This document shows positions 53,893-63,356 of a stretch of DNA of 64,000 bases, in pieces (positions within the stretch are counted from its first letter, which is position 1; each line of letters opens with the position of its first letter). This stretch comes from Pseudomonadota bacterium (GTDB lineage: Bacteria > Bdellovibrionota_C > UBA2361 > OMII01), in assembly GCA_038134595.1 (NCBI GenBank), contig JAYPVM010000001.1:96001-160000 (forward strand), read 5' to 3'. The notes beneath the pieces were generated by a model that saw only the letters and a list, made by a program, of their open reading frames with translations, had not been told where the DNA came from and searched no databases. The position numbers were made by a program, and so were the translations under genes.

Positions 53893-55077
53893 TTAGTCTG
53901 ACGATAGCCTTGTTTTTATCGCGGCTAAGCTATCGCAAATACTCGCTATTTCCGAATCGGCGTGGTCCAGCGCGGGGTGTATTCTAACGACGGATCCAGT
54001 GCGAAGCATTGTCTTTGCGGGGGTAAGTTCTACGAGGATTTTTCGTTGTAGTAGGGCCTCTTTTAGCCTTTCTCCCTGCTCTAAGGAGTCTTGCCATAGT
54101 GCTATGGTCGGTGTGTCAGCATCGCTTACCACAGCCCATCCCTGTTGTTGTATCTCTGATCGGATATGTAGCGCTCTACTTTTAAGAAGCTGCCTTCTGC
54201 TGACCGCCATTTCCACTACATCGATAGCCGCTCGAAATCCGGCTATCTCTGCCGGCGGAGGCGGAGGGTCTACCTGGAGATAGCGTGATCGAGTCAGCAG
54301 TAGTTCTCTTAGTTGCTTAGAACAGCTTAATCCTGCTAGGCCGGTTCCTAAAAAGGACCTTGCACTGGTAAGCCTTGCTAAGAGGTTAGGGTGTGTAGGA
54401 ATGGCTTCAGCGCTACCTGCGCCTCTCAGTCCGGTATGAACAACGGCCGCTGTCTCATCGAGCACGCCCCAGCAGTCGTTAGCTTCAAGTATCGAAAAAA
54501 GGCTTGTAATATCGGTCGTGGCGCCAGTGACTAATCCGACGGGCTCCGCAAAAACAAGCTTTCTAGTGTGGTTTTTTGAGCGAGCAAGTATATCTCTTAG
54601 TTCATCTAGTGACGAATATTCTTCGTAGGGAGCTTCTATTAATGCACATCCATCGGCGAGTGGTAATTGAGTGAGTGTGTGACCGATAACAACTAAGTTT
54701 TGGGTGGCAAGTGCAGTAATAAGCGTAAGTATCGCTTGATTTTTGCTGTTAAAGAGAAGCCCCGATTCGTCTCCAAAGAATGAAGCTATTCTGTCTTCAC
54801 AGCTATCTCGGAGAATTGAGTTAGCGCCATCTGTTCTACCTACGCCAAGCTCACCTTGATTGTTTCTAAGTGAGCGAATTATCGCCTGAAGTATGCTTTT
54901 GTGCTCAAATATCCCTAAGACATTTGGCGAAGCAAAGCTTGTGATGGCTTTAGAGCGGTGCAGAGGATGCAGTGAGTCGAGGCCAGCACGAACCCCTCTA
55001 TCTCTCCACGGAGAGCTAATCTCGCGTTTGAGTTCGGCCGATAATGTTGCTTGTATCGTGCTAACGGATGTTTTCAT
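53893..55077 (-). CDS. BioF/KBL-like PLP-fold protein with degenerate active site
   Basis: Colinear with 8-amino-7-oxononanoate synthase (FASPNVLG, EDRIASFFG.ESGLLFNS, TGLRGAG, VRI..ALDH), but DxAH and the PLP lysine are replaced. Confidence 0.7.
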   Translation of the reverse strand: MKTSVSTIQATLSAELKREISSPWRDRGVRAGLDSLHPLHRSKAITSFASPNVLGIFEHKSILQAIIRSLRNNQGELGVGRTDGANSILRDSCEDRIASFFGDESGLLFNSKNQAILTLITALATQNLVVIGHTLTQLPLADGCALIEAPYEEYSSLDELRDILARSKNHTRKLVFAEPVGLVTGATTDITSLFSILEANDCWGVLDETAAVVHTGLRGAGSAEAIPTHPNLLARLTSARSFLGTGLAGLSCSKQLRELLLTRSRYLQVDPPPPPAEIAGFRAAIDVVEMAVSRRQLLKSRALHIRSEIQQQGWAVVSDADTPTIALWQDSLEQGERLKEALLQRKILVELTPAKTMLRTGSVVRIHPALDHADSEIASICDSLAAIKTRLSSD

Positions 55078-55181
55078 CGAACTGCGTTCCGATTCGCTTG
55101 TTTTAACAACGCTACCTTTATAAACATCTGGCTCGTTGGTTTATCAATGCAAAGGCTGTCAGCCTTTTGAACGATAGCGAC

Positions 55182-56289
55182 TTACTCGCTCTGAAGTAAG
55201 CACGACTCTATGATCGCATCGATATCGCCATCTAAAACCCCGTGTACATCGGATGTTTCATAGTCGCTACGCAGATCCTTAACGAGCTGATAAGGTTGCA
55301 TGACGTAATTTCGCACCTGACTACCGAAGTCTATCTTCTTTCGCTGTCCCTTTAGTTGATCCATTCTATCTCGCTGCTGCTCTTGTTCTTGTTCGTACAG
55401 CTTTGATTTAAGGATCTTCATCGCACGAGCCTTGTTCTTATGTTGAGATCTTTCGCTTTGACATGCAACGATAATTCCAGATGGAATGTGAGTAATTCGT
55501 ACGGCAGAGTCAGTTTTGTTAACGTGCTGTCCTCCGGCGCCGCTTGAGCGGTATGTGTCGATTCGTAGATCTGAATCGTCGATAGCGACTTCGATATCTT
55601 CCTCGATGTCAGGAATAGCACTGACTGAAGCAAATGAAGTATGGCGCCTTGCATTTGAATCAAAAGGGGAGATCCTTACAAGCCTATGGACGCCTGACTC
55701 ATTTCGCAGGTATCCGAAAGCATAATCGCCCTCAACGAGGATAGTCGCGTTCTTAATACCAGCCTCTTCGCCTGCTTGATAGTCTAGTACTTCAGTCTTT
55801 AAGCCCTTTCGCTCGCACCACCGTAGGTACATCCGAAGGAGCATCTCACCCCAGTCTTGCGCCTCGGTGCCGCCTGATCCTGCGTTTATCTCTACGATGG
55901 CATTCTGGGTGTCGAACTCTCCGTTCATCTTGCATTGAAACTCAAGTTGCGAGAGTGCAAGCCTTAGCTCCTCCATGAGTTTTTTGGCCTCGTCTACAAG
56001 CTCTTCATCGCCCGCATCTCTACCGAGCTCAAAGGCGGCCTCGGTATCGGCGTGCAGTGTCTCAACGGTAGTAAACGCCGTAAGCCTATCAACGCACTGA
56101 GCACGCTCGCGCATTACCACCCGCGCTTTTTGTGCGTCGTTCCAGATCTCATTTGATTGAGATTGCCGTTCTAGTTCATCGACTTTGGTTTTTAGTGTTG
56201 GGATGTCAAAGAAACCCCCTCAAGACCTCGACGCGCTCGCCAAGCTCTTGGAGTGTGTATTTAAATTCTGAAGGATCAAATAAAGACAT
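55182..56289 (-). CDS. prfB: Peptide chain release factor 2, translated through a programmed +1 frameshift
   Basis: 27-codon ORF1 (MSLFDP...LRGFL) ends in CTT TGA C; the +1 frame continues DIPTLKTK...IWND; GGTEAQDW, SPF and GAGGQ motifs. Confidence 0.97.
56205..56220 (-). promoter_or_regulatory. RF2 +1 frameshift site
   Basis: AGGGGG-TTT-CTT-TGA-C: internal SD plus slippery codon. Confidence 0.95.
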
Positions 56290-56571
56290 ATTTAGATGGT
56301 ATACGTTTGTGGAGGGGGAGATGTCAATTGCTCTTAGATTCCAACGAACACGGCTCCTGCCACCAAAGCCTACGGCCTTATCAACTGTGCAGGTAGTAGC
56401 TGTAGAGAAACTTTTGTGACCAGATGCTCGATATACCCTCTTACAACCGACATACCGAGGGCGCATGGGACGATACTTCCCGCCCGATTAAACTGCCCAG
56501 TACGACTCTTGTAGCTCCTCATTTGGCCGGCGCTAAAAGGTAGTACGTTTTTAAGGAGGGAAAGAAAGCTG

Positions 56572-57117
56572 ATGCATACTATTCAAAACACAACGAATAC
56601 TCGTTGCCATTCGTTAAATACTACCTCAGATAATACCACAACAAACCATACGCCAGACTCAAGACCAGTTGGAACTTTGGCTGGCTTAGTGGCTGGGGGC
56701 TGCATTAGACCAGAATGGAAAATCCCTCCGAATGTAATTTGGAAGCCAAGCCCCAAGATTCCAAATGGAGGGTGTTTCCCACCGCCATGCCACCTGCCAA
56801 AGCCTCCAACGTGTCGACCTAAGCTCACTCTGGTAGATTTACTACGTGAGCAAGGTGGTTGTTTTCCAAAACCCGTTGATATAAGACCGATGCCGAAGTG
56901 GTTTAAGAGAATTCCCGAGCTCTCCGATTTCCCGAGATTAATGCCGAGATTTCGAATACCTCGCTTGCGAATTGGGCGGTTACGCACCTATCTACCAAGG
57001 AGACCGAGATTGCTTCATAGAACTCCCGGCTCTTGGTTCCGCCCCCAGTTTGCCCGCTTAGCTCCCTTGGATGGCAGCAGAGAAGCAGGTTCAAAACGCC
57101 CTACGAGTATGAGCTAA
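56572..57117 (+). CDS. Hypothetical Pro/Arg-rich protein with three GG-C motifs
   Basis: TAAGGAGG upstream; 181-aa ORF; followed by a hairpin at 57155-57180. Confidence 0.55.
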   Translation: MHTIQNTTNTRCHSLNTTSDNTTTNHTPDSRPVGTLAGLVAGGCIRPEWKIPPNVIWKPSPKIPNGGCFPPPCHLPKPPTCRPKLTLVDLLREQGGCFPKPVDIRPMPKWFKRIPELSDFPRLMPRFRIPRLRIGRLRTYLPRRPRLLHRTPGSWFRPQFARLAPLDGSREAGSKRPTSMS

Positions 57118-57154
57118 CGTTAACTCTACTTACGACGTGTCGACTCGTTTTTTA

Positions 57155-57180
57155 AGCGCTGGGCTTTAATGCCCAGCGCT
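57155..57180. terminator. Hairpin, candidate terminator
   Basis: 10-bp stem AGCGCTGGGC/GCCCAGCGCT with a 6-nt loop; U-tract is weak. Confidence 0.45.
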
Positions 57181-57290
57181 CTATTGGGGCTTAAACTGAT
57201 AGCTTTGCGGTAGTGGAGGTGCTAGGCTTTTTTCTTGTCTCATGTGATCGGCGCGCTCTAGACGCGCCACCGAGAAGAAGGGCGAGTGAA

Positions 57291-59372
57291 ATGTTTTTTA
57301 TTAAGGGACTAGAGCAGGCTTTTTACGCAGCTAGCACGTGTGTTCATCGATTCCGACAGATAGACTGGTTGCTTTTGTTTGCAGTTGGTGCGGGTCTTAT
57401 AGCGAGCGACAATCTATCTCCATTGGATGGCCGCTATGCGGACCTTGGGGTGGTTTTGCTCATTGTAATCTTTCTTCAGATTCTTACCTTTCGGTGGCTT
57501 GAGAACCGCGTTTGGCGCATTGCGGCGGATTTGTCTAAATTCAAGTCTTACGGAGGACAGAAAGTATCTGCGACACCTCCCTCATATTCAGACCTCGTCC
57601 CAAGTAGTAGCAATGAAATAGGAAGAGAGCCCCCGCCATCTATCTCGGAAGATATGGAGGGGGGAATTACGGTTGTCGTTGGAATTAGAGATAGGGAGAG
57701 TGCTCGCCTTCGGAATCTTTTAAGGAGCATTCGAGCGCAGACGTATTCGCGAGAAAAAATTCGAATTCATGTGGTTGACTACGATAGCGCCCCTACCTTT
57801 AGAGAGCAGTATCGATATCTATGCGAGGAGTTTGATGCCGTCTTGTTTACAATTGGCTACCGACCGCTCTGGTCTCGTTCCGAGGCTCTCAATATAGGCA
57901 TTCGACATGCAAGTACTCGGTTTGTGATGCTGACTGACGCCGATATTATCTATGCGCCCAACTATATAGACAATGCAATTGAGGCACTCGAAGAGGACGA
58001 GCGACGAATAATCCACTCGACGTTTTATGAGACTGGAGAGGAGGTAATCGATGAGCAAACTGATGTAGTTTCTGACTTTGATAGGCTGAGAGTTGTCGCG
58101 ACGCCGCGTGTAGCGGACGATCCAAAGTCAACGTATCTCTTTGGTCAGAGCATTATCTGCGCCTCTACAGAAGGTATTCACAGGATTCGCGGCTTTGATG
58201 AGTTTTATTGTGGCTGGGGCTCAGAGGATGATGATCTGATGAGGCGGATGGAATCTTTGGGTATGTATCTCTATTCAATCGCAGGCAAGACCGAGTACTT
58301 GCATCATTCGCATCCAGAGAAAGCAAATTTGTCTGATGTTGAGAAGGCGCAGATAGAGATAAATCGCCAATACAGATGGAGAAACAAGACTATTCTGCGG
58401 AATCCCTTGGGGTGGGGCGGTTCGTTAGATGCTAGTGTCGATCTAATCTCTAACAATGAAATTGCATTACAACAGCGCGCAAAGAAGATCTCAGTTGTGC
58501 TTCCTGTATACAATCAAGGTGCTGAATTAAGGGAGTGTTTGCGGGGCTTGACAGCTCAAACGCTTCCCTCTGAGCAGTATGAGATACTAGTCGTTGACAA
58601 TGGGTCAACTGAACCGATTGAGGGTATAGTGCGGGAGTTTCCAGGGTGCCTGTATATCTGCGAGCGAGAAGTCGGTTCGTATGCGGCTCGAAATGCTGGT
58701 ATCGCTCGAGCTAGGGGTGAGATAGTCGCTTTTATAGATGCAGATTGTTTTCCAGAGCCTGACTGGCTTGAGAAGGGCCACCGCTATTTCTTTGGTCCGC
58801 AAGATTTTGCGTACGTTGGTGGGCGTGTCTCAATGGAAAGTAGGCCCGGGCGGCAGCCGAATTTTGTCGAGCAATACGACACATTGTTTTCGCTAAACCA
58901 AGAGCGCCACATGAGCATAAACGGGTATGCGGTTACAGCGAACCTCTTTGTTCGAAGAGATGTGTTAGAGCGTGCGGGGCGATTTAACTCAGATCTAAAA
59001 TCTGGCGGAGATAAGCTTTTAGGGCACCGCATAAAAGCGCTTCGATGCAACACATGTTATGCAGAGGAAGTCGTGGTGAGGCATCCTGCTACTAGTAGTG
59101 TCAGAGTGCTAGTGAGACGGCACGTTCGATATCTTGGCGGAGACCTGGACTTAGCCAAGTTAGAGGGAGGCGCTATGCGGAGTATGGCAGGTTCTCTAGC
59201 GGCAACCGAGCTTCTTGGTGTTTTGAAAGCGGCATCTCTGGTGAGACAAAGAGTGGAGCGTGGAGCAGGGGTGTCTCGCTTCGGAGTTTTTGTGGCGATT
59301 GTGCTTGTCAGAATCTCAAGAGCCGTTGAAGCGGGTAGAATCGCCCTAGGGGGAGAGTCTAGAAGAACCTAG
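57291..59372 (+). CDS. Tandem (two-domain) family 2 glycosyltransferase with N-terminal membrane anchor
   Basis: Domain 1: VVDYDS, NIG, TDADI, GFDE..GWGSEDDD. Domain 2: SVVLPVYN, VVDNGS, ARNAG, FIDADC. Confidence 0.85.
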   Translation: MFFIKGLEQAFYAASTCVHRFRQIDWLLLFAVGAGLIASDNLSPLDGRYADLGVVLLIVIFLQILTFRWLENRVWRIAADLSKFKSYGGQKVSATPPSYSDLVPSSSNEIGREPPPSISEDMEGGITVVVGIRDRESARLRNLLRSIRAQTYSREKIRIHVVDYDSAPTFREQYRYLCEEFDAVLFTIGYRPLWSRSEALNIGIRHASTRFVMLTDADIIYAPNYIDNAIEALEEDERRIIHSTFYETGEEVIDEQTDVVSDFDRLRVVATPRVADDPKSTYLFGQSIICASTEGIHRIRGFDEFYCGWGSEDDDLMRRMESLGMYLYSIAGKTEYLHHSHPEKANLSDVEKAQIEINRQYRWRNKTILRNPLGWGGSLDASVDLISNNEIALQQRAKKISVVLPVYNQGAELRECLRGLTAQTLPSEQYEILVVDNGSTEPIEGIVREFPGCLYICEREVGSYAARNAGIARARGEIVAFIDADCFPEPDWLEKGHRYFFGPQDFAYVGGRVSMESRPGRQPNFVEQYDTLFSLNQERHMSINGYAVTANLFVRRDVLERAGRFNSDLKSGGDKLLGHRIKALRCNTCYAEEVVVRHPATSSVRVLVRRHVRYLGGDLDLAKLEGGAMRSMAGSLAATELLGVLKAASLVRQRVERGAGVSRFGVFVAIVLVRISRAVEAGRIALGGESRRT

Positions 59373-59598
59373 CTTCTTTTTTGACCGTGAAGAAAAACAG
59401 GGGCTATTACAGCTGGTTATGTATGGGCTGGATGGGGTTTGCTTAAGACGACGTTGTAAGGAGCGCACCCGTTTTACTCGCACAAGACAGGCTCTTAAAG
59501 GAGTTTGGCGATTGACGCAGGTCTGCAAATTAGGTTGCGGGGAAGTTTGCGACCCAAGACTTGAAAAAAATTGAAAAATCGGTGACTCTTTCTCCATT

Positions 59599-60069
59599 AT
59601 GGTAGACACAATTGTTTCCTTGTTAAAGATTGTCGATCTTACTCCCGCTGACGGAGTGGCGAGTGTTATTGGCACTGCAGTACTGTTTGTCTTTTATCAA
59701 ATCCTCTCGAAGAGGGTATTTCAACCTGTTTTAGCGCATATAGAGAAGCGCGAGGAGCTAACAACTGGATACCTCCGTACGGCTTCCGAGATGAAGCAAA
59801 AAACATCAGCGCTAAGAGAGCAATATGAAGGAGCTCTTTTTGAGGCGCGGGTAGAGGCCCAGAGCGCCCGTTCGCTTGCGGTGGCGGCAGCTAAAGAAAA
59901 GGCGGCCACAATCCTAAGGCTCGCTGAAGAGGAGGCTCAAAAACAGGTGGTGGAGGGCCGAAGTGTTATTCAAGAGCAGATAGCGAAAGCCGAAGCGGCT
60001 AGCGAGGAGGAGGTTACCTCTCTTGCGGACACACTTACTGGGTCTGTTGACGCCAGACTATCCGCGTAA
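59599..60069 (+). CDS. ATP synthase F0 subunit b'
   Basis: Single TM helix, FQPVLAHIEKRE, then an Ala/Glu-rich coiled coil; first gene of the atp cluster. Confidence 0.82.
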   Translation: MVDTIVSLLKIVDLTPADGVASVIGTAVLFVFYQILSKRVFQPVLAHIEKREELTTGYLRTASEMKQKTSALREQYEGALFEARVEAQSARSLAVAAAKEKAATILRLAEEEAQKQVVEGRSVIQEQIAKAEAASEEEVTSLADTLTGSVDARLSA

Positions 60070-60140
60070 ACATCTAATATTATACATCTTTAAGACACTG
60101 TTTCAGACGATCAGTCAGTTGCTGCTCTTCATTAGTTCTT

Positions 60141-60316
60141 GTAACGACGGGTCGCTAGTGGGGGCGATTAAGCCCTGGCGCTTCCCCTTTGTTCGAGGCG
60201 GCTGTCTGAAATCGATGGCCGGGAGCCGCGGGACTTTCGTGATTTAGTGGCTGCCGTTTGATGGCGGTCTTTGGCTCTGGGCTTCCTGTTTGTTGGATGG
60301 GCGGCGAGGTCGTTGC
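60141..60316 (+). ncRNA. Candidate rod-like structured RNA element within the atp operon
   Basis: Nested stems 60141-48/60309-16, 60170-75/60279-84, 60197-204/60248-55 and 60206-14/60240-47, including G-U pairs; GC-rich relative to its flanks. Confidence 0.35.
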
Positions 60317-60454
60317 GTACTTGGGAAGTGCTAACAAATAATCGTTCCAAGGGGTGACTTTCCTCGAAAGACTCGTTATTCTACCGACGCTTGTTCACTT
60401 AAGTTCTTCAAATTACGATGAAGAAGTTGAAATAAAGAGCTGGTCTCTACAAGC

Positions 60455-61120
60455 ATGTCTTTTGTACAGAAGAGAGAAAAACTAATGCTATTTTTAGATA
60501 AGCTTAGCCAGTATGAAAGCAAAGTTCAGAGGCTTTTTGCTTTCGTTGTCTTCATTCCGGCTTCCGTTTTATTATTAGTTGGGGGGCTCCTTATTGCGGG
60601 AAGTCAAGTTGCAAGCGCATCGGGTGCTGGACACGCTCCTTCGATTTCAGATCTTACGTTTCCATGGATCAATTTCATTCTTTACGTGGCGTTGCTAACA
60701 TACTTGCTTCGTACTCCAATTAGGCAGGGGTGGCAGGCGAGGAGAAACAGAGTAAGGGCTGACGTTGAAGGGGCTGCGGATAGGCTTCAAGCCGCTGAAC
60801 GAGAACTTGTCTCTGTGGAGGCGCTTGTGCACGGAGCACCGCAGGAGCAGGTGAGTATAAAAGCAGAGGTGTCTAAGCAGGCAGAGCTCGAAGCAGAAAT
60901 GATAGTCGCCCAAGCGGAAGAGAGAGGAACCCGAATCAAACAGCAGGCAAAGGAGATGTTGGCGGGTGAAATGAGGTCGGCCCAAAGTGCGTTTAAGTCT
61001 CGATTGGTGGAGCGTGCGCTTGGAGTGGCTAGGCAGAGATTTGGAGCGGGCGACTTTGACTCCAGAGAGTCTGTTTATACAGAAACTGCTGTAACAAGGG
61101 CAAAACAGTTAGTGCAGTAA
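60455..61120 (+). CDS. atpF: ATP synthase F0 subunit b
   Basis: WINFILYVALLTYLLRTPI...R followed by a coiled coil; exact start uncertain. Confidence 0.85.
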   Translation: MSFVQKREKLMLFLDKLSQYESKVQRLFAFVVFIPASVLLLVGGLLIAGSQVASASGAGHAPSISDLTFPWINFILYVALLTYLLRTPIRQGWQARRNRVRADVEGAADRLQAAERELVSVEALVHGAPQEQVSIKAEVSKQAELEAEMIVAQAEERGTRIKQQAKEMLAGEMRSAQSAFKSRLVERALGVARQRFGAGDFDSRESVYTETAVTRAKQLVQ

Positions 61121-61142
61121 TTGCAAAAGGGCGTAAAGAGAT

Positions 61143-61691
61143 ATGGCTTCAGGAAAACAGCACATCCTAGCGAAACGATACGCGCGAGCGTTGTTTGATG
61201 TTTGCTCGCCACAAGATTTTGACCGGGTTGATGAGCAGCTGCGATTGCTTAAAGATCTTTGGAAGGGCTCTTCCGAATTTCGGGATGCCATGCAAAATCC
61301 AAGTGTTTCAGAGAGTGTTCGCAGGGATATTTTAGTAGAGATCTCTCAGAGCATAGGCGGATGGGCAACAAAGCCTCTGGGAGAGCTCGTTTCCGCCCTT
61401 GTCTCCCTTGGAAAGACGGCGGCTCTTGACTCTGTGTCTGATATATTTTCCAAGATGGTTCGAGAATACAAGAAGAGTTTGGCCTTAGAGGTGACGGTTG
61501 CAAAACCACTAACTGAAGCTGGGATTGCTGATCTAAAGGCAAAGCTCTCAGCTTCTGTAGGTGGGGAAGTGGAGGTGACAGTGGCGCACGATCCGGAGAT
61601 TTTGGGTGGAATGACTATCAGAATGGGAGACACCCTGCTTGATCGGTCTGTTGCGGGAACGTTAAAGCAGATCGCCGGAGAATTGGTTTAA
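61143..61691 (+). CDS. atpH: ATP synthase F1 subunit delta
   Basis: AKRYARALF, NP, DPEILGG and D.SV. Confidence 0.92.
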   Translation: MASGKQHILAKRYARALFDVCSPQDFDRVDEQLRLLKDLWKGSSEFRDAMQNPSVSESVRRDILVEISQSIGGWATKPLGELVSALVSLGKTAALDSVSDIFSKMVREYKKSLALEVTVAKPLTEAGIADLKAKLSASVGGEVEVTVAHDPEILGGMTIRMGDTLLDRSVAGTLKQIAGELV

Positions 61692-61746
61692 GTTTTTGTA
61701 AGAAGTGAATGCTTTCTTTAGTGGAGTTAGGAGCTAAGAGATAATT

Positions 61747-63345
61747 ATGGATATACGAGCAGACGAGATAAGCAGAATCATCAAGGAGAAGATCGGCGGG
61801 GCCGCTAGTGGACAAGATCTCACTGAGGTTGGAAGTGTGTTGAGCGTGGGTGATGGTATTGCACGTGCGTACGGTCTCGGTAAAGTTGCTTTGGGTGAGC
61901 TCGTTGAGTTCTCAAACGGCACGAAGGGAATCGCTCTTAACCTAGAGGAAGACAACGTCGGTATCGTTGTTATGGGCGATACGACAGGAATCGTCGAAGG
62001 CGACACCGTAAAGCGAACCGGTCAAATTGCGCAGGTCCCTGTTGGCGATGAGCTGGTGGGTCGCGTTGTCGATGCTCTTGGAAACCCAATTGACGGACTC
62101 GGTGATATCAACGCGACAGAAACTCGTCGCATTGAAATCAAGGCTCCAGGTATCGTTGGAAGAAAATCAGTACACGAGCCGATGCAGACAGGCCTTAAGG
62201 CAATCGACTCAATGACGCCGGTTGGCCGTGGTCAGCGAGAGCTCATAATCGGTGATAAGAAAACGGGAAAAACAACTGTTGCTCTCGATACTATCATTAA
62301 CCAAAAGGGTAACGGTGTAATCTGTATTTATGTTGCTATCGGACAGAAGCGTTCATCGGTTGTGCAAGTGGTAGAGCGACTTAAAGAGCACGGTGCCATG
62401 GACCATACCATTGTGGTTGCAGCTACAGCTTCAGAGCCTGATCCGATGTCATTCTTAGCCCCATACACTGGGTGTGCTATGGGTGAGTATTTTATGAACA
62501 ACGGGCGGCACGCTTTGGTTATCTACGATGACCTCTCGAAGCACGCCGTGGCGTACCGAAGTGTATCGTTACTCTTGCGGCGTCCACCGGGGCGGGAAGC
62601 GTATCCTGGAGATGTATTTTATCTTCATTCCCGATTGTTGGAGCGAGCGGCTAAGTTAAACGACGAGTTGGGTGGCGGTTCTCTTACAGCTCTTCCTGTT
62701 ATTGAAACATTGGAGGGGGATGTATCAGCGTACGTTCCAACAAATGTGATTTCGATTACAGACGGCCAGATCTTCTTGGAGGCAGACCTTTTTAACTCGG
62801 GTATTCGACCTGCTGTAAACGTCGGTCTCTCAGTGTCTCGAGTGGGCGGAGCGGCTCAGGTTAAGTCGATGAAGAAGATCGCCGGAACACTTCGATTGGA
62901 TTTGGCTCAGTACCGAGAGAAGCAAGCGTTTGCTCAGTTTGGCTCTGACTTAGATGCCGCAACAAGGGCACAGCTTGCAAAGGGCGCGCGACTTGTAGAG
63001 ATCTTAAAGCAGGGACAGAACGTGCCGATGCCAGTAGAGCTACAGGTTCTCTCGATTTTCGCCGTAGCAAATGGGTTTACTGATACGCTTGCAGTCGATG
63101 ATGTTCGACCATTTGAGGATGCGCTACACAGCTACATGCTAACGAGTCAGGCAGAGCTTATGGGCGATTTGAAGAACAAGGCTGAGCTCGATAAGGACAT
63201 CGTTGAGCGGTTGAAGGCTGCCATCGGTGGTTTCGTTGAGCAGTTTAAAGCTGGGGGTGCCAGCTTGGGAAAGCAGAACGGTAGTATTTCGTCTGCTGCG
63301 GGGACCCAAGGCAAGGCAACTGAGGGACACGCTAACGCTGCATAA
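61747..63345 (+). CDS. atpA: ATP synthase F1 subunit alpha
   Basis: [44 protein letters not shown] and ITDGQI. Confidence 0.98.
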   Translation: MDIRADEISRIIKEKIGGAASGQDLTEVGSVLSVGDGIARAYGLGKVALGELVEFSNGTKGIALNLEEDNVGIVVMGDTTGIVEGDTVKRTGQIAQVPVGDELVGRVVDALGNPIDGLGDINATETRRIEIKAPGIVGRKSVHEPMQTGLKAIDSMTPVGRGQRELIIGDKKTGKTTVALDTIINQKGNGVICIYVAIGQKRSSVVQVVERLKEHGAMDHTIVVAATASEPDPMSFLAPYTGCAMGEYFMNNGRHALVIYDDLSKHAVAYRSVSLLLRRPPGREAYPGDVFYLHSRLLERAAKLNDELGGGSLTALPVIETLEGDVSAYVPTNVISITDGQIFLEADLFNSGIRPAVNVGLSVSRVGGAAQVKSMKKIAGTLRLDLAQYREKQAFAQFGSDLDAATRAQLAKGARLVEILKQGQNVPMPVELQVLSIFAVANGFTDTLAVDDVRPFEDALHSYMLTSQAELMGDLKNKAELDKDIVERLKAAIGGFVEQFKAGGASLGKQNGSISSAAGTQGKATEGHANAA

Positions 63346-63356
63346 GAAGGAAGCAC

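Noticed and set aside
52881..53901. Short ORFs inside the parS region (CSTWN / VPRGT peptides)
   Set aside because: These are simply translations of the parS palindrome; there is no other coding evidence.
55182..56466. prfB as a pseudogene, or an 86-aa upstream protein
   Set aside because: Explained by the programmed frameshift; the true start is the ATG at 56289.
60225..60370. RNase P RNA on the minus strand (GAGGAAAGTC at 60356-60365)
   Set aside because: The motif continues ACCCC rather than C(C/G)GG, and no 3' ACAGAA-N-CGGCTTA partner is visible.
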